A stretch of 64,000 nt of DNA from a virus: the IMG/VR virus record IMGVR_UViG_3300045988_135485; one strand, 5' to 3'. Below, one piece after another: positions 49,001 to 57,054 of this stretch. A model generated the notes under the pieces. That model worked only from the letters and a program-made list of their open reading frames with translations, had not been told where the DNA came from and did no database searches. A program made the translations under genes and the position numbers. How positions within the stretch are numbered: position 1 is the stretch's first letter; the number at the start of each line of letters is the position of its first letter.

Positions 49001-49708
49001 TTAAGGAAGGTAACTCGTGCGCGTAACTGGTTCGATACAGAGGCTTTCTCGTATGGAAATCGCTTAACGTGGAATGACCTTCATTACAGATATTCATCAA
49101 CTGAAGCACATATTTCTTGGATTAACTCCAAGGAACTGGACGCTGACGGAGACATTGAAATAGTAATTATGAAATATCGTGAGCCGGAAAACTATGAGGG
49201 TTTATACGGATTTCCTTATAATGGATTTACTAATGATATAGCTGAAAAGATATATCCAGATGTTGAAACAAATATAAGCTATACTGATTCTCATATTACT
49301 AAAGGGTTATTACTGCATAACAATACATACTTAGAATATAGCGGTATGGTAATACCTGAAACCTTCAATTTAACCTTTAAATTGAAGATTACCGACCAAT
49401 CGGAAAAGAACCTTAACTTAGTCACATTGTACGGAACGAATACCTATTTGAAGGTTTATATGTTTGACGGTCAGCTTTATTTAAGAATGTCTGACCATAA
49501 GGATATTATTATTCCTTATAAAACCGCTACGGCTTTAGACTTTTTAACAATTTCAATAAGCCAGACAGCAACAGAAAGAACCCTTTACTTTTATGCTGAT
49601 TATGGTAATTATGAAAATTATAAAGTTATTGAAGCCTCCCCGGTTGGTGCTTTTTCACAATACTTTATCAATAGAAAATTAGGAGAATATAATGAGAATG
49701 TCGGGTAA
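46082..49708 (+). CDS. central tail fibre / host specificity protein (lambda J-like)
   Basis: 1208 aa. Sits directly after the I-like genes in a lambda-like tip module. Confidence 0.65.
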   Translation: MIGALIRDRLIYEKSKLEAQKAEEAKKAARTINLDDTIDQAEIVLGLCEGEIEGLENGAKSFYVSDTPLQSAGGDDNFEEVALELFPGSGANEELYYFLGGATRSTSVGVELSHDVPVVRQTQTGELDFIEIRLVVSALMFQGKKGPGASSVEIKVEYRAISDEKWSNITGEDLPIIFTGKISGNVVQEFRIEVERKNEPYEIRITKMSQDGNNSTTFNTVSWESFQEGFVTPREYPYTALAHIHLQYSNQLTSVPSFYGIYKLIRIRVPSNYNPETREYTGEWDGTFKIAWSDNPAWCLYDFVMNDRYGVNAYSTVTLDKWDCYEAGQWCDELVNDGRGGKQPRYTCNLLQTEATNGREFAVYLASLFNAVLVEESVGYLRLFVEKDADAVFLFTPENITEDGFSYSFTSPENRYNDIKVSFTNPEMNWESDTRRIYNQDDIDKNGRVTYDFAAVGCIREGEAMRRAYYKLITSLTEKITVTFSTNRQAQCLSNFDIILIADPVLGFSIPGRIKRLSEDRKTVYLRDSVYLEAGIGYKITFNLPDGLYETEINPVSGSGSLYEFTVTDALPDNLPELATFTIHGSDKTGTPKPFRIVSISEGDNADVYTITALELNRNKWEAADNMEFEGMGDYSGLPSISEIPHILDASFYLNYNKVNNETELYITATFDPTYPYYSGGLVVYSKTSGDEAWIKREVVNNNIIIDHPAGVYQFVILPLSTTGITPSFETAPIFTYEVEDVFDYPSNVKNLRVSRSINGVQLTWDPVEDIDLSGYEIREGTDWDTGEVITTGFMGTSTFVALEDSNTHHYMVCAQNFLGIYSLIPAYISTSVYNPEDVPAFYATVCQDRVRFDWEQVPGVDIEYEIRQGNNWSTAIKVAKVKGNNTTVLLPALSDVVYAIKAVSPAGLYSVNPRYARPDMELFSNRNIILEVDNAAEGFPGITYGFEPLSYVDKSLVMKQEVTRAEHYFPVELRKVTRARNWFDTEAFSYGNRLTWNDLHYRYSSTEAHISWINSKELDADGDIEIVIMKYREPENYEGLYGFPYNGFTNDIAEKIYPDVETNISYTDSHITKGLLLHNNTYLEYSGMVIPETFNLTFKLKITDQSEKNLNLVTLYGTNTYLKVYMFDGQLYLRMSDHKDIIIPYKTATALDFLTISISQTATERTLYFYADYGNYENYKVIEASPVGAFSQYFINRKLGEYNENVG

Positions 49709-50132
49709 ATTTCGTGGACGTTTAGTCAACCATAAAACTGGTGAAATTATTTGCTGGGAAAAGCACAATAAGGTAGTAAAAGTTGGCTTTAACTGGGTAG
49801 CGAGCCTTATGTCGGATACGACAGTTAGAATGGCTCCTATTTCTCATATTGCATTCGGAACCGGAAGTAATGTAACAGTCGATTCTATGATTGCTTTGGA
49901 GAACGAGGTTTATAGAGCACCAGTAACTTCTAACTGGAATGAGACCACAAGAGAATTAACTTTTACAGGAAGTATCCCCAAACAATCAGGGTTAAGTGTT
50001 AATATTACCGAAGTAGGTTTATTTAACGCCGAAGCTGGTGGAACTATGTTCGACCGAGCTACATTTTCACCAAAGGGTATTGATGAAGACCTGTCTTTTG
50101 ATTACACGTTTATTATAACCATTACTGAGTAA
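49692..50132 (+). CDS. hypothetical tail-associated protein
   Basis: Synteny only. Confidence 0.3.
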   Translation: MRMSGKFRGRLVNHKTGEIICWEKHNKVVKVGFNWVASLMSDTTVRMAPISHIAFGTGSNVTVDSMIALENEVYRAPVTSNWNETTRELTFTGSIPKQSGLSVNITEVGLFNAEAGGTMFDRATFSPKGIDEDLSFDYTFIITITE

Positions 50133-50152
50133 TCTACAGAGGGAGAATCCTA

Positions 50153-50875
50153 ATGGAAGAGACAAACGAATTAGGCGAAGTATATAACTGGGAGTTTGTT
50201 CCGGCCAAACTTACATCGTGGGACGATGCAGGTAAGCAGTGGGATTCTACAGGTGCTAATCAACCGTGGGATACTTTTGGTAATGAAGGCGGCTGGGTAG
50301 TAAGTACGAAAAGAACTCTTAATTTAAATACGGAAACCGAATCGCGCCTTGACCGATTTACTAAAGAATACCTGTCTCTTATAGACGCTGCTTTCAATAA
50401 TGAGAAAGTTGTTATGAATGATGTTGAGTTTCTGGACGGGGGCTTATCTCTCGATGAGATAAGAGAAATGGCTAAGAAGGGAACTCCTATTGAATATGAA
50501 GATGCCAGACCATTGGTGGCCGGAGAATATACTTATCAAAAGGCTATTGTCGGTATTCGTATGAGAACCTATAGCCTTAACACTAAACTTGGTTTTTATA
50601 AAGCGAAACTAAGTATTGACGTTGAGGATATTGTAGACCGTGGAACTGTTGAAGTAACAAGCACCGACCCAGCTAATCCGACTAAAGTTTCTTATCATAA
50701 GCTCTATTATAATGTTCCGGAAGAAATTATGTTCAATATTACAGAATTTACAGAGCCTTGTACAGTTGAAGTATTGACTAAAACAGAAAAAGAGTTTACC
50801 TTTATGTTAAAGTCCACTGTAAACAAAGATACATACGTCACAGGAAAAGTAAGCTGGCTTGCGACGGGGTATTAA
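50153..50875 (+). CDS. hypothetical tail-associated protein
   Basis: Synteny only. Confidence 0.3.
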   Translation: MEETNELGEVYNWEFVPAKLTSWDDAGKQWDSTGANQPWDTFGNEGGWVVSTKRTLNLNTETESRLDRFTKEYLSLIDAAFNNEKVVMNDVEFLDGGLSLDEIREMAKKGTPIEYEDARPLVAGEYTYQKAIVGIRMRTYSLNTKLGFYKAKLSIDVEDIVDRGTVEVTSTDPANPTKVSYHKLYYNVPEEIMFNITEFTEPCTVEVLTKTEKEFTFMLKSTVNKDTYVTGKVSWLATGY

Positions 50876-52073
50876 CCAATCAGCGAGGAAAAGAATGGCT
50901 AACGAGAAAAACTTACCTAATATTACTGGCGATGAGACCATTGCTAAAACATGGAGGCGCTTATTAACCAGAGATAGAAATACCTCCAACTTCTTTTCCG
51001 GAGACGATTTTACAACTGACCAAGACCCTGTTCAAGATGTCGGAAGACCTAACTGGAGGACGGATTTAAACCGCCTGTTTATTTTTAATGGTACAGACTT
51101 TATCAGTCTGTGGGATTATTTAACTCCTCAAGAAATTGCTTATTCTATTGAACATCCCGATGTCCCTGACACAGTTCAGGACGTGAAAGCGATTCTGGAC
51201 CTGCTTGTGAATCGGAACCTGCTTAATACAGTAACTATGCCTGCGGTGTCTCAAAAATATATCGGGAACGGAACAACTACAGAATACGACCTTGAAAGAT
51301 ATACGAGTAATAAGAATACACTTTATGTATTTATTGACGGCGTGAAACAAGTTACGGATACCTATGAATTAGCTTCTGATGGTATGTCAGTTATCTTTAA
51401 TCAAGCTCCTAATAATGGAGAAACTATTGAAATACTCCAACTAGCATCTTTGCTTGAATATGATTACTCTCCATTTATTAAAAAATTTACTGCTGAAGAA
51501 GGGGTAACAGAGTTCGACGTTGGTTTCCCTATTTTAAATAAGGACAGCCTTATAATAGTTCATGCTGGAAAAGTATTAATGGATGCTGACTGGGAAATTC
51601 TCCCGGACGGTCATACTGTAAAATTTATTATGGAACCGGTAGTAGGACAAGAGATTGTTATTAGGTCCATATTTAAGACCTCTTATGTAACCGTATCCGC
51701 GAACTCAATCGGGACTGCTGAGTTGAAAGATGGAGCTGTTACGGCAGCTAAACTTGCAACAGCCATTCCTGTAGATATAAACAACGTCGCTGACGGGTCT
51801 ATAACCACTGCCAAGTTAGCCAACTCGGTGATTGACTCTACTAAATTGGCTAATAACGCAGTAATTACTTCTTCTATCGCAGATAAATCCGTTACAAAAG
51901 AGAAGTTAGCCGATAACGTCGCAACGTCACTTTTAGGAACGGAGAATGTTTCAACCGGAAACATTGCTCCTAAGTCTATTACTGAAGATAAATTAAGTGA
52001 TGATTTAACTACTGTAATAGCTAATCTAACAACCAGAATTACGGCATTAGAAGCGGCAATAACGAATAAGTAA
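50859..52073 (+). CDS. side tail fibre protein with degenerate 10-12-aa repeats
   Basis: The C-terminal third has repeats (AVTAAKLATAIP / SITTAKLANSVID / STKLANNAVIT / KSVTKEKLADNV / KSITEDKLSDDL). Confidence 0.45.
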   Translation: MRRGINQSARKRMANEKNLPNITGDETIAKTWRRLLTRDRNTSNFFSGDDFTTDQDPVQDVGRPNWRTDLNRLFIFNGTDFISLWDYLTPQEIAYSIEHPDVPDTVQDVKAILDLLVNRNLLNTVTMPAVSQKYIGNGTTTEYDLERYTSNKNTLYVFIDGVKQVTDTYELASDGMSVIFNQAPNNGETIEILQLASLLEYDYSPFIKKFTAEEGVTEFDVGFPILNKDSLIIVHAGKVLMDADWEILPDGHTVKFIMEPVVGQEIVIRSIFKTSYVTVSANSIGTAELKDGAVTAAKLATAIPVDINNVADGSITTAKLANSVIDSTKLANNAVITSSIADKSVTKEKLADNVATSLLGTENVSTGNIAPKSITEDKLSDDLTTVIANLTTRITALEAAITNK

Positions 52074-52083
52074 GGAAAGGCCT

Positions 52084-52797
52084 ATGAATCTTGATTTTAA
52101 TAAGATAGTAGAATACATCGCCGGTGGTAATCTAACCGTACTTATTCTAACCTGCATTATATTAATTTTGGTTGCTTGGATAAAATATGAAGATTCTATC
52201 AGACGATTACTTTCATATCTCAGGTATGACCTCTTCGACCGTAATAAGGAAGAGGTAGAAAAAGAACGTAATGCTTTCGATATTCGCAATGACTTATTCA
52301 TGAACCAAATAAGTCTTAAAATTATAAAAATTGAATCTCTCCATCTTTCAAAAGACGTTGGAAGAAACGCTCTTTATCATTATTTGGTAAAGACTATGTT
52401 GTCTATGTTAAGAGATAAGTTCACGGCTGATTTAACGGCTTACAAAAACGGCGATTTATCTAAAGAAAAGTTCTGTAGCTACTATCTTTACCATAAACAG
52501 GGTATAGAAAATTTTAAAATTGAATATTCAAAAATAATTGAGGAAAAGCTGAAGAAAGATGATTGGAATGACGAAAATATAGCTTACGTTATCAATATGT
52601 TTAACCAATGGTCTTCGTCCTATTTTGAGCTCTTGGCTGAGCTTATTTCTACTTGTAAAATTCCAGATAGTGTAATAATGTCTTGGTGGGTCTTCTTTTA
52701 TGAGATATATATTACACTCGAAAAATTTAGTATCTCTATTAACGGAAGAATCACCGGTAATACTTTTGAAAAAATAAAGATAGGAAAACCTAGGTAG
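52084..52797 (+). CDS. membrane-anchored protein (single N-terminal TM; possible T-type holin-like topology)
   Basis: GGNLTVLILTCIILILVAWI TM segment followed by a 200-aa soluble domain. Lies between the two fibre genes. Confidence 0.25.
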   Translation: MNLDFNKIVEYIAGGNLTVLILTCIILILVAWIKYEDSIRRLLSYLRYDLFDRNKEEVEKERNAFDIRNDLFMNQISLKIIKIESLHLSKDVGRNALYHYLVKTMLSMLRDKFTADLTAYKNGDLSKEKFCSYYLYHKQGIENFKIEYSKIIEEKLKKDDWNDENIAYVINMFNQWSSSYFELLAELISTCKIPDSVIMSWWVFFYEIYITLEKFSISINGRITGNTFEKIKIGKPR

Positions 52798-52856
52798 AAA
52801 ACTAAGATAGAGAATCGAGATGGAGAGCCAAACAATTTAGACAATTTGGAGGAAGC

Positions 52857-54008
52857 ATGGCCAATAACGACGATATTACAGATTACAATTACCCTAACAT
52901 TGAACCTACTGACTATATTGATGAATCTTTACCCAATATATTGGCCAGAGATGATGCTTCCAAACATGGGTTCAGGCGTGTTTCCACTTTCCCGACTGTG
53001 ACTACGGACGACGTTGGTATGAGGGTATATATGAGGGGACGTGGGAACTTTCAGTTAATTTCAGCTGACCCCGAGCCCCAATGGAAACAACTGTCCGAAG
53101 ACAATCGTAATCCTGCTTATACAGATTGGGTGAAGGACAACTATCAACCCCTTAGTAAAATATTGACCACTCTTTCAAAATTAAAAGAAGCCCAGCAAGC
53201 AGTCCCTTATTTTAACGGGCCGGAAGATATGCAAGCTGTCACGATTACTAGATATATGCTGGCTCTTTTTGAGGCTACGGATGACGCTGAGGTCAGGGAA
53301 TTGCTTAACTTAGGTTCAGCTGCAACCATTGACGTTCCTATTGATGGAAAATACATTGCAGACGGGTCTATCACAATGGATAAGGTCAGTACCCAATTTA
53401 AACAATCTTTAGGCTGGACTACTGGCGATGCAAAGTTGACCTTTAAAAAAACGGCTGATGAAGGTTGGATAATGCTTGATGACGGCTCTATTGGTTCTTC
53501 TGCTTCCGGAGCAACAACACGGGCTAATTCCGATACCTATGACTTGTTTATGTTAATGTGGGACATTCCTTATTGTGAAATCCAGACCTTCTCCGGGACC
53601 TCTTCCACGAAGACAACAGCAATCCAAGATTGGTCTGCAAATAAAAGATTGGTCTTGCCAAAGTTCTTAGGTCGTGCCATCGCCTGCGCCGGTCAAGGTT
53701 CCGGATTAACGAAACGGTCGCTTGGTGAATCGTTGGGAGAGGAGAACACCGTCTTAGGCATTAATCAGCTCCCGCGCCATAATCACGGGGACTTGGTGTC
53801 AATTCAATCCAACGTCGGTAGTAAGAACGGCAGAATTGCTTATTGGGTAGGCTCTAGGCAATACAACAGACTCGGGCGCACCGATGAACATACAATCATA
53901 GAAGAGGACGATTACTATGCCGGTACCGCTGAAGCTGGCGGTGGAGGTAATGCAGGCCATAACACAATGCAGCCGACCACATTCGTAAATGTGATGCTGA
54001 AGCTTTAG
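52857..54008 (+). CDS. tail fibre protein with switchable C-terminal tip (expressed variant)
   Basis: 383 aa. The constant part runs to about 53748. The tip ends HNTMQPTTFVNVMLKL. Its last 260 nt lie inside a segment bounded by 62-bp inverted repeats. Confidence 0.6.
   Translation: MANNDDITDYNYPNIEPTDYIDESLPNILARDDASKHGFRRVSTFPTVTTDDVGMRVYMRGRGNFQLISADPEPQWKQLSEDNRNPAYTDWVKDNYQPLSKILTTLSKLKEAQQAVPYFNGPEDMQAVTITRYMLALFEATDDAEVRELLNLGSAATIDVPIDGKYIADGSITMDKVSTQFKQSLGWTTGDAKLTFKKTADEGWIMLDDGSIGSSASGATTRANSDTYDLFMLMWDIPYCEIQTFSGTSSTKTTAIQDWSANKRLVLPKFLGRAIACAGQGSGLTKRSLGESLGEENTVLGINQLPRHNHGDLVSIQSNVGSKNGRIAYWVGSRQYNRLGRTDEHTIIEEDDYYAGTAEAGGGGNAGHNTMQPTTFVNVMLKL
53687..53748. repeat. left inverted repeat of the invertible tail-fibre segment (coding, in-frame)
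   Basis: cgccggtcaaggttccggattaacgaaacggtcgcttggtgaatcgttgggagaggagaaca is the exact reverse complement of 54260-54321. Confidence 0.9.
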
Positions 54009-54035
54009 TTAATCGGAACTAGTTAATCGACAGTA

Positions 54036-54365
54036 TCAAAGCTTTAACATTACGTTCACAAAAACGGTTGGTTGCATAACATTAAACGGTTTACTTTCTC
54101 CGGCTGTACCCATAGATATATCCGGCTCCTGTCCTCTTTGATAAAGATTGTGACCGTCACGGTGGAATGTAAAGTTTCCTGTGTACCTATCAGAATAAAC
54201 GGGAACCTTATTCTTTAAATCGTGGTCGTGTGCTGCTAGTTCTTCAACAGTCATCGTATGTTTCTCCTCTCCCAACGATTCACCAAGCGACCGTTTCGTT
54301 AATCCGGAACCTTGACCGGCGCAAGATTCTAATTCAGTGTTGACTTTCTTACTATTTAGTATATC
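54036..54365 (-). other. silent alternative tail-fibre C-terminal cassette (no own ATG or SD)
   Basis: On the minus strand the frame reads through the right IR in the same frame as the expressed gene: ...SLGESLGEEKHTMTVEELAAHDHDLKNK...FNVMQPTVFVNVMLKL*. It shares the HxHxDL and C-terminal MQPTxFVNVMLKL motifs with the expressed tip. A TAG stop at 54366-54368 lies upstream with no start codon after it. Confidence 0.7.
54260..54321. repeat. right inverted repeat of the invertible segment
   Basis: Reverse complement of 53687-53748, 62/62 identical. Confidence 0.9.
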
Positions 54366-54384
54366 CTAAAGTAAGGAGGTAGCC

Positions 54385-54864
54385 ATGAACTTATCAGATA
54401 ATTTTACACTTGAAGAATTTACTTACTCTTCAACCGCTGAACAAAGAGGGATAAACAATAATATTCATGACCCAGAAACGATTATACCTAATGCAAGAGC
54501 TTTATGCCAAAAAGTTCTTCAGAAAGTAAGAGACCATTTTGGACCTATTGTTATTTCTTCTGGTTATAGTAATGCCCAGCTCTGTCTGGCCTTAGGCAGG
54601 AAGACGACAAGTCAACACGCACTGGGACAAGCTGCGGACATAATCTCGAACTCGGTACCGAATTATGACCTTGCAGTATGGATAAGAGACCACCTTGAAT
54701 TTGACCAGCTTATCTACGAAGTCCGTCGTCGGGGCTTATCTAAAGAATATTATGACTGGGTTCACGTCAGCTATAAAAGAGAGGGACGGAATCGGAAAGA
54801 AGTTCTTTTCTCTCCTCCGGAAAAAGGCTACAAAAACGGCTTGCCGGAGACGAGCTATGTCTAG
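54385..54864 (+). CDS. endolysin, peptidase M15 (VanY / L-Ala-D-Glu peptidase-like zinc peptidase)
   Basis: AAGGAGGT SD. FTLEEF...SGYRS-like...TSQHALGQAADI...DWVHVSY gives the His/Asp/His zinc ligand pattern of M15-family phage lysins. Confidence 0.6.
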   Translation: MNLSDNFTLEEFTYSSTAEQRGINNNIHDPETIIPNARALCQKVLQKVRDHFGPIVISSGYSNAQLCLALGRKTTSQHALGQAADIISNSVPNYDLAVWIRDHLEFDQLIYEVRRRGLSKEYYDWVHVSYKREGRNRKEVLFSPPEKGYKNGLPETSYV

Positions 54865-55189
54865 TCCTGTAAAATATCTTATTTTGGTAATAGGCGTAAT
54901 CGTTGTCTATGCCGCCTTGGTAACGCACGACCTTAATAGAACCGAAGAAAAGTTGGCTGAAAGGGATGAATATATTACCAAGCTAGAATCTAATTTAAAT
55001 TATATTAGTAATCAATTAATATTGGTACAAAAGGCAGCTGAGGAGAGAGAGCTTGAGTATCAGCAAATAGATGCTGAGAAAGAGGCACAAGAAAAAGAGT
55101 TGGAAAAAATAAAGGAGACCGACGATGATAGTAAAAACTGGCTTCTTCAAGTTATTCCTGCTGCTGTCGACAATACTATTCCTTACTAG
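54857..55189 (+). CDS. i-spanin (Rz-like)
   Basis: ATG 54857 overlaps the endolysin stop (ATGTCTAG). N-terminal TM (LILVIGVIVVYAALV) followed by a coiled coil. Confidence 0.55.
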   Translation: MSSPVKYLILVIGVIVVYAALVTHDLNRTEEKLAERDEYITKLESNLNYISNQLILVQKAAEERELEYQQIDAEKEAQEKELEKIKETDDDSKNWLLQVIPAAVDNTIPY

Positions 55190-55373
55190 CTGTACAAGGG
55201 GCGAGAAAATCGTCCCTGTCACAATCTCGGCTAATCTTCTGGAAGAGTGCCCGGTTCCGAAAAGAACCCGCTACAGGAATGATTATTTAAGAAAATATAC
55301 AGTGGATTTACATAAAGCACTTTTAAAGTGCAACGCCGATAAGAGAGCAATTAAAAAGGAACTGGGTTATTGA
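55125..55373 (+). CDS. o-spanin (Rz1-like outer-membrane lipoprotein)
   Basis: Signal peptide plus lipobox LFLTSC. Starts inside the i-spanin gene in another frame. Confidence 0.55.
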   Translation: MIVKTGFFKLFLLLSTILFLTSCTRGEKIVPVTISANLLEECPVPKRTRYRNDYLRKYTVDLHKALLKCNADKRAIKKELGY

Positions 55374-55468
55374 CCTAGTTCCTTTCTTAGTCTTGGGAGA
55401 CTAAACGTTTCTAACCTATGTAATTATTGGAAAGTATCGAACAACATCCACATACTCTTCAGAATACC

Positions 55469-56008
55469 TTAGTCTACTTCTTTAGAAATATCCACATAAG
55501 TATCAAGAAGAGGAATACTGTCTTGGTACGCTTCCAGTTTACTAGGATGTAGGCAAAAGTCAATAGCTTTCTTAAGTAAAGGAACACTAACACCAATATT
55601 TTTAGCTTGAATATAAATGTCTCTAATATCACATGAGATGGTATTCCTCTCATTCAAAAGTCTATCATAATTAGCAAAGAGCTCCTTAACCTTTTCAATA
55701 TTCTGTTTTTGGTCTTCACTCAAATCCGTCATTTCTCTTGGCTGGTACATTTTACAAGCGAAGGGTATTCCAAGTAAATCTGACAAATACTCATAGTCAG
55801 CCTGTGCCTGTCCGTCATAACCTTTTTCAAGATATACCTTCAAAGCTTTGCTAAACATCCCCTTTGGCAAGAAAGATGAGATATGATTCTTTACGTCAAC
55901 CATGTCTTCTTTAACTGCGTTTCTTTCATGCTCGAGGCTAAGAATTTCTCTCATAATATCTTTCAATCTATCTTTCTGAATTAGACCAGTATCAATTACT
56001 TCATTCAT
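55469..56008 (-). CDS. hypothetical protein
   Basis: Tiled ORF. Confidence 0.35.
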   Translation of the reverse strand: MNEVIDTGLIQKDRLKDIMREILSLEHERNAVKEDMVDVKNHISSFLPKGMFSKALKVYLEKGYDGQAQADYEYLSDLLGIPFACKMYQPREMTDLSEDQKQNIEKVKELFANYDRLLNERNTISCDIRDIYIQAKNIGVSVPLLKKAIDFCLHPSKLEAYQDSIPLLDTYVDISKEVD

Positions 56009-56364
56009 AGGTCATTCTCCTTTCTATTAATTGCTTTCTCCGTAGAAAACCCCTGAGGGTATCTTTTTCTTAACTTTTCAGTGTTTATTTGCATAAGGTC
56101 TTCTAGAGAATACCCCGAAATATCAGCAGCCATAGTCAGATACCATAGGACATCTCCCAACTCACTGGCAAAATGCTCTATATCAAATGGTCTTTTATAA
56201 AATAAACACTTTTTAAATACGTCCAAAGCTTCTCCCGCTTCGGTCGCTAATCCAATGAGAGTATAGAGAAGACGGACATTATTAGAAAGTTCTGGTGTAA
56301 TTTCCGCCCAGTCTTCTCTTCTCTCAGTTCTTCGACACTCTTCTGTATATTCTTCCGGTGTCAT
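56005..56364 (-). CDS. MazG-like nucleoside triphosphate pyrophosphohydrolase
   Basis: EAGEALDVFKK and ELGDVLWYL are MazG/HisE-family EExxE/D signature helices. Confidence 0.65.
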   Translation of the reverse strand: MTPEEYTEECRRTERREDWAEITPELSNNVRLLYTLIGLATEAGEALDVFKKCLFYKRPFDIEHFASELGDVLWYLTMAADISGYSLEDLMQINTEKLRKRYPQGFSTEKAINRKENDL

Positions 56365-56365
56365 C

Positions 56366-57052
56366 TTAATTTCCTACAACCGGAATATTAGCCAGAATCT
56401 CATTTAAGCGGCTTTGAGGAACCGACTGCGCCACCGGTTGCGGTGCCGGTTGCGGTTCCGGAGCCGGAATCGGTTGCTGTGCCGGTTGCGGTGCCGGCTG
56501 CGATTCCTGCTGTAGTAAAGGTCTCAGGGGCATAGGAGTTGGATTATACGGGTCATTAACCGTTTTTGACTGCACAACAGGTTTATATGGCCCAGAGAAC
56601 GGTTCCGAAGCCGGAATCGGTTCCAGTTTCTCTATATCGCTAATAATCCACACTGCTGGTTTGGTTGCTTCAACTGGTTCCTTTTCCGGAGCCGGAGCTT
56701 GTTCCGGTTCCTTTTCCGGAGCCGGAGCTTGTTCCGGTTCTTTTTCCGGAGCCGATTCGTACTCTTTATATTTAATCTTATTCGCTTTGGCCGTACGAAT
56801 GAACTTTTCAAGAGTCTCAATAATACCAGAGTTGGTAATTGTTTTCTTGGTATCATTATTTCGCATATTATCGTACCTTGGACGGAGGAAGAAATAAGCC
56901 TTACTTACGTCTTCCATAAACTCAACTTCGTCCTTATAAATAGATTCTCTAACACGTCGTTCCAATTCAAGCTCGACAGCTGCATTATTAATAATTCTGA
57001 AGGCTTCCAGTTGTTCCTCTGTCAGCTTATCCATCTCAACTTTATATTCCAT
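56366..57052 (-). CDS. hypothetical protein with a Pro-rich tandem-repeat linker
   Basis: (APEKEPEQAP)x3 then PQPAPQPAQQPIPAPEPQPAPQP. The 33-nt DNA repeat ttccggagccggagcttgttccggttccttt recurs at 56683-56750. Confidence 0.4.
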   Translation of the reverse strand: MEYKVEMDKLTEEQLEAFRIINNAAVELELERRVRESIYKDEVEFMEDVSKAYFFLRPRYDNMRNNDTKKTITNSGIIETLEKFIRTAKANKIKYKEYESAPEKEPEQAPAPEKEPEQAPAPEKEPVEATKPAVWIISDIEKLEPIPASEPFSGPYKPVVQSKTVNDPYNPTPMPLRPLLQQESQPAPQPAQQPIPAPEPQPAPQPVAQSVPQSRLNEILANIPVVGN

Positions 57053-57054
57053 AT

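Noticed and set aside
53687-54321. Diversity-generating retroelement (TR/VR) explanation for the duplicated fibre tip
   Set aside because: The repeats are inverted and perfectly identical rather than direct with adenine-specific differences. No reverse transcriptase is present. The second copy forms an in-frame convergent cassette, which is the signature of site-specific inversion.
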